Assembly: GCA_963773065.1 (NCBI GenBank)
Contig: CAVYZN010000027.1
Span: 93,830-157,829 of the forward strand
DNA: 64,000 nt
DNA from: an uncultured Gammaproteobacteria bacterium
GTDB taxonomy: Bacteria > Pseudomonadota > Gammaproteobacteria > UBA9214
Reading direction: 5' to 3'
The position numbers and the translations under genes are program-made. Every line of letters begins with the position of its first letter. The stretch's first letter is position 1. Of this stretch, positions 10,906 through 18,597 are shown piece after piece. A model generated the notes under the pieces. It had not been told where the DNA came from and did not search any database. It saw only the letters and a program-made list of their open reading frames with translations.

Positions 10906-11401
10906 ACCGCTGCAGCTCCTGGGCCAGGCGATCGCCTATGCGGTGTTTGCCGGCGTGGTCGGCTACTTCGCGGCCTCGCCCGCCTATACCCATCTCGATC
11001 CGGGACTCGCCCTGATCAAGCTCAGCTTCAGTCATGCCGGTAAGCACAAGGGGGAATGCCGGCAGCGGACGCCCGAGGAACTCGCCAAACTGTCACCCAA
11101 TATGCGCCGGCCGCTGGATTGCCCGCGTGGACGCTTGCCGCTGCAGGTCGAACTCATGCTGGACGGAGAACCCCTTTACCGTGGCGAACTGCCTCCCTCG
11201 GGTCTGGCGGGAGACGGCGCCGCCATGGCCTACAGCAAATTTCCCGTCGCGCCCGGCCGGCACCATCTCGCGGCCCGCCTGCGCGATAGCGACCGCTCGA
11301 CAGGCTATGATTACGAGAAGGAGGCGGAGATCACGCTGCATCCGCGGCAGAACTTCGTCATCGATTTCCGGCCGGCGTTGGGCGGGTTCCTGTTCCTGTG
11401 A
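10898..11401 (+). CDS. Membrane-anchored periplasmic hypothetical protein of the NO reductase operon
   Basis: Overlaps the previous stop; N-terminal TM, two Cys (ECRQ...DCPR), beta-rich C-terminus. Confidence 0.65.
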   Translation: MTRPLQLLGQAIAYAVFAGVVGYFAASPAYTHLDPGLALIKLSFSHAGKHKGECRQRTPEELAKLSPNMRRPLDCPRGRLPLQVELMLDGEPLYRGELPPSGLAGDGAAMAYSKFPVAPGRHHLAARLRDSDRSTGYDYEKEAEITLHPRQNFVIDFRPALGGFLFL

Positions 11402-11408
11402 GGCTGTC

Positions 11409-11798
11409 ATGGCACTGATTGAATGGAAGGATGAATTCGCCACGGGGGTTCCCGACGTCGACAGCGAGCACCGGCAGCTCATCGAGCTGATCAACGCCTT
11501 GCATGTCGCCCTGCTGCGCAAGGATGTCACCTACACGGTGATGGATTTCCTGGGCCAGATCTACGCGCGCATCTCGGGGCATTTTGCCCTGGAGGAGAAG
11601 ATCATGCGCGAGCGCGGCTACGACCAGTTTGAAGATCACAAGGCGGACCATGAACGCCTGCTCGATGAACTGCGGGACATCATGGATGACTATGAAGAGC
11701 ATGCCTATTTCAGCGATGAGGAATTCGCCCGGCAGATCGAGACCTGGTTTTCGCAACACTTCAAGACCCGGGACGCGCGTTGCACAAGCACCTGTTAA
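11409..11798 (+). CDS. Bacteriohemerythrin
   Basis: IEWKDEFATGVPDVDSEHRQL...HFALEE...HKADH...HFKTRD motifs; probable indel at the very end. Confidence 0.88.
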   Translation: MALIEWKDEFATGVPDVDSEHRQLIELINALHVALLRKDVTYTVMDFLGQIYARISGHFALEEKIMRERGYDQFEDHKADHERLLDELRDIMDDYEEHAYFSDEEFARQIETWFSQHFKTRDARCTSTC

Positions 11799-11914
11799 TC
11801 CCGATCGTGTTGTATGCGTAACCCACTGGCTCGAAGACACGCGCATTTATGGCCCATATCGTCCCCGCTTTCGTGGTGATGAGAGATACTATTTCGCAGT
11901 ATAGATGCCCAGGT

Positions 11915-11980
11915 GTAGGTGCGAATTTATTCGCACCTACTGAACGATGAGGTAACCATGCGAATAAATTCGCACTACGG
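11915..11980. repeat. GTAG-type REP-like palindrome pair
   Basis: GTAGGTGCGAATTTATTCGCACCTAC and inverted partner GCGAATAAATTCGCACTAC. Confidence 0.6.
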
Positions 11981-11983
11981 GGG

Positions 11984-12110
11984 ATGATGAAGCAAAAGCT
12001 GGAACTCACCGGGATCGGGAAGGAGAACCGGCCGAGACTGGAGTCGCGGATTCTGCTGGAAGACCCGGCGAAGTCCTATTACGCGGTGCATCGGCAGCGG
12101 AAAACCGGTC
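11984..12110 (+). pseudogene. N-terminal fragment of a type III R-M Mod-like methyltransferase
   Basis: MKQKLELTGIGKENRPRLESRILLEDPAKSY resembles the KLELTWIGK..RPRLEPRILLED Mod N-terminus; truncated after about 40 aa. Confidence 0.55.
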
Positions 12111-12125
12111 CGGTTGAAGCTGTTG

Positions 12126-12428
12126 TCATGTCTGCTCAGCGTCGATTTCGCTCAAGCGCAGCAACTGGTTCCCCCGACGCACGGTGAGGACATCCACTTT
12201 ATCCCTCACACTATAAATCACGCGATATGCGCCGAAGATAACCTCTCTGATTCGACGAATACCGACTTCCGGGACGACTCGACCGCTCTCCGGAAAGTCA
12301 GCCAGACGTTCCACTGTATCGAACAGTTCGACCACCCAGCGGGCGGCGGCATCCGGGTTGTCTTGCGCAATGTACTGCGCGATATCCTCAACTCGCTCCA
12401 AGGCAAGTGGAGACCACTCTACCTTCAC
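12126..12428 (-). CDS. RelE/ParE family toxin
   Basis: VEWSPLALERVEDIAQYIAQDNPDAA...FPESGRVVPE...YRVIY. Confidence 0.88.
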   Translation of the reverse strand: MKVEWSPLALERVEDIAQYIAQDNPDAAARWVVELFDTVERLADFPESGRVVPEVGIRRIREVIFGAYRVIYSVRDKVDVLTVRRGNQLLRLSEIDAEQT

Positions 12429-12706
12429 CGTGCCAGCCCTTTCAGGACGCGCGCTCTGGCCTCCTCATGTGACACACCTTCACCGGCCGCGAGTTGTTCC
12501 TCGGCGCAATAGATGTCTTCCAGGATATCCAAACGTTGTTGCATCAACTCAAACTCGTGCACATCCATCAGAACGGCTACGCCGCGACCCCGCTGAGTCA
12601 GTACCATCGGTCGCCGGGTCTCGTGAACCTGCTTCAGAAAGGACGCGACCCCGGCCCTGAACTCAGACAACGGGCGGATATCTTCATCGACTCTCATCTT
12701 GGTCAT
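12425..12706 (-). CDS. Phd/YefM family antitoxin
   Basis: DIRPLSEFRA...RPMVLTQRGRGVAVL; overlaps the toxin start; GTACGTT-like repeats upstream as a probable operator. Confidence 0.88.
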   Translation of the reverse strand: MTKMRVDEDIRPLSEFRAGVASFLKQVHETRRPMVLTQRGRGVAVLMDVHEFELMQQRLDILEDIYCAEEQLAAGEGVSHEEARARVLKGLAR

Positions 12707-12853
12707 AGTCACCTCAACGTACGTTCGACTGTACGTTGGACTGTACTCCAACCCGCTTTGTTTGGCCAGAAGACAGCGTATGGCTTGCTGCTTGAATACT
12801 TGTATACCTTATTGGGTTCACGCATTAACACCGGCGATGAACCCATCCGAGCG

Positions 12854-14434
12854 TTAGTGGCTGGTGCCCTCCGCGTAGTGGATCTTGTTGTAGACGTTGT
12901 ACTTGCCGACCGGCTTGTTCATGGGGAGGCGCTTCACCTCCTCGAACGTATTGGCGTCGTAGACTACGATGGCGCCGTCGGTTTCCCAGATGCTCACCAG
13001 AGCGTATTTGCCGTCGCGGGTGAATTCCACGTGCGCGGAGGTCTTGCCGGGCGCCGGGCGCAGCGTTTTGACGATCTCCAGCGTCTGCTTGTCGATGACC
13101 TGCATCGCGTCCTTGTTGGGACCGGAGAACACATCCACCCAGGCATAGCGCGTGTTTACATGGCTGCGCATGAAAAAGCCCGGGCCGAGCGTCGCGATCT
13201 TCTTGATCGTTTTCCAGTTCGCGGTGTCGATGATGCTGACCACGACCCTCCTTGAGATTGGGCGTGGCCAGCACGGTGGTGCCGTTCCAAGGCCAGGTGA
13301 TGCCGGAACCCAGATGCGGCATGCCCGGCAGATCCACATCGGCGATCTTGCGCCCGACGATGAGATTGACCACCTGGCCCTTGTTGCCGTCGCGCGCGGC
13401 GCCGATCAGATGCTCGTAGTTCTGGTCGAAGAAGAAGTCATCGAGGTAGTCATCGAGTGGGATGCGCCGCACGGGAAAGCGGCCCGGTCTCCGCCAGTCC
13501 CTCGCCCAGGCGGTAATCGTGCACCAGTCCGCCGTAGACGGGCGGCGGGTGGTCGGCGTAGCTGATTTCCCAGACCTGCTTGATATCCTTCAGCGCGACG
13601 ATGAAACTCTGCGCGCGGCGGCGCGGTGTAGACGGCGCTGACCCGCGAGCCCTTGCCGAGACCGTCATCGACCGGTATCACCTTGATCAGACTGAGGTCG
13701 CGCGCGTCCAGCAGCACCAGGTCCTGCGGCAGGTAGTTGCCGACCAGGACGTAGCGGTCATCGGCGGATACCGCCAGATTGCGGGTGTTGAGGCCGGCGC
13801 GCACCTCGGCCACGGTTTCCAGGCGGTACAGGTCGAACTTGCTGATCCAGCCGTCGCGCGAGGCGAAGTAGACGAAGCGCCCGTCGGAGGAAAACTTCGG
13901 TCCGCCGTGCAGGGCGTAGCGCGACTTGAAGCGGAAGATCGGCTCCAGCTTGTCGCCGTCCAGCACCGTGACATGATGATCCCCGGCCTCGACCACCAGA
14001 AACAGGTTCAGGGGATCGGCCGTGTAGACCGGCTTGACCGTCGTGGCGTTGCCCTCGACCGACTCGGGTTTGTACACCACCCGGCTTGCCCTGATCTCCG
14101 CCTCGCCCCACACCGGCGGGATCGCGGGCGCGGTGTAGATATACTCGACCAGCGCCGCGATCTCCTCGGGCTTAAGCGTCTCCCGAAAGGCCGGCATCTG
14201 GGTGGCGGGCAGTCCCGCGGCAATGAGCTCGGCCGCCGTGTCCTTCGGCGTGCGCTGCAGGCTCTCGGGCAAGAGGGCAGGGCCCATGGCCCCCAGCCGG
14301 TCCGCGCCGTGGCAGCTCGCGCAGTGCTTCCCGAAGAGGGCGGCGGCGTCCGGTGCCGCGGCGGCAACCGGGCCGTTCACGGATAAACAGAGCATCACAA
14401 GCAGCCCGCATGCTGTCGATTCTTTATTGATCAT
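12854..14434 (-). CDS. nirN: NirN, dihydro-heme d1 dehydrogenase (frameshifted)
   Basis: CASCH cytochrome c domain, YALHGGPKFS, GMPHLGSG, GPGFFMRSH and KPVGKYNV d1 propeller motifs across three fragments. Confidence 0.88.
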
Positions 14435-14506
14435 TTCGAATTTTCGGGGTGGCCATTAGTTGAGACGAAGTAGGGTGCGCCGTGCGCACCAGGCGAGAGA
14501 ATAACA

Positions 14507-14540
14507 AAAAAATCGGCGACCCGAAGGTCGCCGCATTTAT
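14507..14540 (-). terminator. Rho-independent terminator after traT, upstream of nirN
   Basis: GGCGACC-CGAA-GGTCGCC hairpin followed by a T-run on the minus strand. Confidence 0.6.
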
Positions 14541-14548
14541 CCTGCTTC

Positions 14549-14730
14549 AGGAAGCGCTGATCAAGCCTGTCATTCCCGCGAAAGCGGGAATCTAGAAATG
14601 TAGAGTGGGTTAGCGTTTTTTGCGTAACCCACCAGGCATTGCGCAGCAACACAACGCATTTTTTAATGAGTGCCCCCCGGCCCATCCGGTGGGTCACGGC
14701 ACCAACGGGCGTGCCTGACCCACCCTGCAT
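14549..14730. repeat. Cluster of REP/MITE-like palindromes
   Basis: GTCATTCCCGCGAAAGCGGGAATC plus GTAG-type imperfect palindromes; another at 14470-14490. Confidence 0.6.
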
Positions 14731-14739
14731 CATTGAATC

Positions 14740-15495
14740 TCAGAAAAAGCCCGCCATCGCGTAGGCGGTCTTCTGGAACATCAGGTCCTGGGCGTCCGCC
14801 AATTTCAGGTTGACCTTGTTCGCCGTCGTTACGATACGCGTGGTGTACTCTTTCCGGCCAGTGGCTTCCGAGACACGCTGGGTGCTGGATCCGGCATCCG
14901 ATATCTTGACGCTGATCTGGGTGTCCTTGCGGACAACCACTCCGCTGCGTGTTTTTTCCGTGATCTGTATATCGGCGACGAGCATGTAGGTCACGTCATG
15001 AACCAGCGCGCCGCTGACCGTTTCCGCCACGCCGGCAATCAAACCACCCGCGGCGGCGCCCGTATACGGGTTGCTCTGGTTAATCAGCGCCCCGGTCACT
15101 GCACCGGCGGCAAGCGAGCCAACATAGCCGCCACTCAAAGCCTTATCGGCCGCTGTCGGATTGGTCTTTTCCAGGTTCAGGACATACACCTTCATCTGGA
15201 AATGCGCGGCATCGGGATCTTCCACCAGACGATAGCCGTCTTCATTCTGGTCGAATTGTTCCTTCATGAATTTCTTGAACGCGTTGCGATCGAATTCCAT
15301 CACGCCGCTGCGAATATCCATGAATACGGTTCGTTTGTTCTTCGCCACGGGGTCGATGAATATTGCCGTACTGGTCCTGGTCTGAACCTCCAGATCCTTG
15401 TGGGCCAAGGCCGTCTGTGTTGCCGCACATCCAGTGAGAAAGGCAAGATAACTGCCGAAGAGCAGAATGCCTATAAGTCTCAGAACATTTTTCAT
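14740..15495 (-). CDS. traT: TraT-family complement-resistance/surface-exclusion lipoprotein
   Basis: Lipobox LTGC, LEVQTRTSTAIFIDPV, glycine-zipper core, DVTYMLVADIQITE, TRIVTTANKVNLK. Confidence 0.85.
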   Translation of the reverse strand: MKNVLRLIGILLFGSYLAFLTGCAATQTALAHKDLEVQTRTSTAIFIDPVAKNKRTVFMDIRSGVMEFDRNAFKKFMKEQFDQNEDGYRLVEDPDAAHFQMKVYVLNLEKTNPTAADKALSGGYVGSLAAGAVTGALINQSNPYTGAAAGGLIAGVAETVSGALVHDVTYMLVADIQITEKTRSGVVVRKDTQISVKISDAGSSTQRVSEATGRKEYTTRIVTTANKVNLKLADAQDLMFQKTAYAMAGFF

Positions 15496-15560
15496 TGCAG
15501 GAACTCCTTCATTATTGGTGGTTATGTAGTGAACGACTTTCCAGCCACATGCGACACAGA

Positions 15561-15959
15561 CTATTCATCCGGATAGTCGTGCCCATAGTAGCGGTGGTAA
15601 TACATGCAATCCCGATACTCACTCCAGGAGTATTGCAGCATGTCCTGACAGGTATACCCGGGTTTCCAATGCTCGCCTTGATACACCTGCGGCTTGACGC
15701 GTTTCTTCATGGCCTGCCGGATATAGGCATTGACCTGTTCGGGATGCTCCGCGTAAAACGGTTGTGACATGACCTCCTCATTAAACCGCTTCTGCGTCGC
15801 CGCCATATCGTCTGTCTCGGCGGGAAACGCCGGTGATGTCTGAAGCACGGATACAGCCAAGAGAAGGAGACTGTTGGATAACTTACGTGGACGATGTCCC
15901 GATGGGAAACGACGATACCCGGAGTGTTTACCGGTAGAGGCGGGACTGGATACGCACAC
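15561..15959 (-). CDS. Secreted hypothetical protein (true start uncertain)
   Basis: Signal-like LLLLAVSVL...AFPA and C-terminal YTC...YRDCMYYHRYYG. Confidence 0.55.
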   Translation of the reverse strand: MCVSSPASTGKHSGYRRFPSGHRPRKLSNSLLLLAVSVLQTSPAFPAETDDMAATQKRFNEEVMSQPFYAEHPEQVNAYIRQAMKKRVKPQVYQGEHWKPGYTCQDMLQYSWSEYRDCMYYHRYYGHDYPDE

Positions 15960-16300
15960 TGTCCGCCCGGTGCTGTGATTCCATCATGATGGTTTCCCCC
16001 TTTATTATTTTTTATTGATGTTATCCCTATTTCTGGGGCTTCTCTTGATGCATATCAAGATTCCGCCTTAATTCTTTAATTATTATTCCTGCAGTTCGGC
16101 AGGAGGTAGCCTGATGTTGAACGCAGTGAAACCCGGGTTTCACTACAGACAGGGGAATTCCTGAATCTGCGTGATACTAGATGCCGCGAGAATTGTACCC
16201 TGGTTGTCCGCAGGCTACACAGTGGAAGTGGTTGGTTTTCCAGCCAAGGCGCACATAAACAAACCAAAACGATCAACCATGCGCACGAAGAATGATGGGT

Positions 16301-16318
16301 ATACGTATTTGTACGTAT
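16301..16318. promoter_or_regulatory. Palindromic operator-like site
   Basis: ATACGTA-TTTG-TACGTAT; homologous site ATACGTA-TAAA-TACGTAG at 27162-27179. Confidence 0.5.
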
Positions 16319-16330
16319 ATAAAGAATTAC

Positions 16331-17513
16331 GGCTCTTTTATTAGTGGGTTAATGCGCCACATGTGGGTTGAGTTTGGAGAAGTCGAGTTTGCCGGCGATC
16401 AGGAAAATCACAGTACGGATCGTGCTGAACCAACCGTAGCCGCGCGCTTTGCGCTTGGCGGACTGGAACAGCCCGTTCAGTGCCTCCAGGAAACCATTGG
16501 TCTGACGGGTCTGCGCCCAGGCAATGATGCTCTCGAAATGGTTGCGGATCAGTTTGGCAACTTCCTTCATGGGTTCGACTTTGGAGCGCATGACATTGGT
16601 ACACCACTGCCAGAGCATGGCGGCGACCACGTTGATCTGTTTGCGATCGAGGATCTCGCGCAACTGCTCACGGTACACCCACGCTCGGGCGGTCCGCTTC
16701 GTGGTGAGTTTGGCGAGCAGGTTGTCGACTTCCGCGCGGGCGGTGTCGCTGAGAGTTCCGTAATTGCGCAGCAGCTTCCAGCGCAACCCCTTGAGGCCGG
16801 GCGTGGTTTTCTGCTCGATGCGCCGGGTCTCGTCCAGGGCCCTGGAGGCGTGGGCGATCACATGGAACTTGTCGAAGGTGATCCGGGCATTGGGAAGACT
16901 CTCGGCGCAGCCCTTGATGAAGGCCGGCGACATGTCGATGCTGACCGAGTCGATGGCATCAATGTCGGCACCATGGGCCCGGAGATCCTCGGCCAGCCGC
17001 CGGATCGCCTCGGCCTCACGGCCTTCGGTGACGAACAGCACCGCGCGGCGCTCGGCGTCGGCGGCCAGGGTGACATAGTCGTGGCCGCGGGCTCGCGAGG
17101 TCTCGTCGATGGCCAGGCGGGTGACCTCGGAGAAGTCGGCCTCGGCCAGCGCGAGATCGACATAGCGCCCGCAAATCGCCGCCACCCGATGCCAGCTCTC
17201 GCCGGTGAGACGTGCCACCGCCGCAAACGGCATCTCGCGCGCCAACATCAGCACAAGTGCCTCAAAGAGCAGCGTGAAGCCCGAGAGCTTCCCGGTCCAG
17301 CCCGGCTCGACCTGGCGCACCGCGCCACCAGGCAGCTTCACGCGGGGTACGCGGACCTCCAGGTAGCACTCGTGCTGGAAGAAATTGAGGTGCCGATAAC
17401 GCTTGCTGACCGTATCGTGCACCGGATGGACGCCAGTCTCACCAGCCACAGCGAACCGGCTGCCAGCAGTGAAGTCGATGCCTACGGTCAGAGTCTTTGC
17501 CGTCGCGTCCAAG
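16331..17513 (-). mobile_element. ISL3-family IS, one end deleted, 8-bp target duplication
   Basis: Transposase 16349-17512 (RHLNFFQH, AIDETS, IDMS, FDKFHV, TNGFLEALN); GGCTCTT end at 16331; AGAATTAC at 16323-16330 and 17514-17521. Confidence 0.9.
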
Positions 17514-17637
17514 AGAATTACCTTGTTTGATAGAAGACTTCTCGACTAAGATGTCCCAGTAATTAAGTCCCAGTAATAATGTGTCCCGCAAAATTTGCGG
17601 AAAAACTAATCACCAATAAAGACCGCAGGGCGATGTC

Positions 17638-18528
17638 ATGCCGTTCGAAACAACAACAATAAAACAGGGAAAAATTCAAACGCAGTGTGTGTTCACATGC
17701 GCCGCGAAACAAGAACATAAAGAAAAGGCGGAAACCGGCCGTGAGCATTCGCCGCGGGTGAGTGGCGGGGGGCGGTTCAGTGCGCGTTGTGGGTGTGCGG
17801 CCTTCGCCCTGTTCGCCGCTGTCGTGTTCCCATGCCACGCGGCGCCTCTCAACGACACCGGCATCACCACCTGTTCCAACAACACCGCTAACGGCCTGCC
17901 ATGTCCGCAGACGGATTTTCCCGGTCAGGATGCCGAGTATGGCCGCGATGCCGCCGCGGCGGCCGGCACCCTCACCAAGATCGGCGGCGGACGCGCTGGG
18001 TTCGACTTCACCAAGCTGGATGTCGACGGTAACGCACTACCAGCCTCGGCTACGGAGTGGTCATGCGTACGCGACAACGTCACCGGGCTGACCTGGGAAG
18101 TCAAGACCGCTGACGGCGGCCTGCGCGACCAGAACAATACCTACACTTGGTACAACCCCGATCCGAATACCAATGGTGGCGACGCCGGCACGCAAAACGG
18201 CGGGACATGTACCGGTGGTATCGCCTGCGACACCTATCATTATGCTCAGGCGGTGAACACAGCAGGTCTATGCGGTGCGGGTGATTGGCGCTTACCATCG
18301 CAGGAGGAATTGATTTCCATCGTGGATTTTGGTATCCCTCACTCAGCGCCGCCTACCATTGACACCGCATATTTCCCGTATACGCCAAGTTGGCTCTGGT
18401 GGTCGGCCTCTCCCAATGCTAGTGGTCCCGGCGGTGCGTGGGTCGTAAACTTCTTTAATGGCTCCGATGTGGTCGTAGAAACGTCTCTTGGTAACACACT
18501 CATTCGTCTCGTGCGCGGTGGACAGTGA
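17638..18528 (+). CDS. Secreted DUF1566 (Lcl C-terminal) domain protein
   Basis: LNDTGIT..C, GQDAEYGRD, CVRDNVTGLTWEVK, LCGAGDWRLPS..EL, RLVRGGQ end. Confidence 0.88.
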   Translation: MPFETTTIKQGKIQTQCVFTCAAKQEHKEKAETGREHSPRVSGGGRFSARCGCAAFALFAAVVFPCHAAPLNDTGITTCSNNTANGLPCPQTDFPGQDAEYGRDAAAAAGTLTKIGGGRAGFDFTKLDVDGNALPASATEWSCVRDNVTGLTWEVKTADGGLRDQNNTYTWYNPDPNTNGGDAGTQNGGTCTGGIACDTYHYAQAVNTAGLCGAGDWRLPSQEELISIVDFGIPHSAPPTIDTAYFPYTPSWLWWSASPNASGPGGAWVVNFFNGSDVVVETSLGNTLIRLVRGGQ

Positions 18529-18597
18529 ATTGATATACGGATTGGAGTGAGAAATATGCATGGATGGTGACAGAGGTGTATTCGCGTAAATTGCAGA

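Noticed and set aside
17553-17587. Short direct repeat GTCCCAGTAAT x2
   Set aside because: Too short to assign a function; may be a chance slippage duplication or a minor operator.
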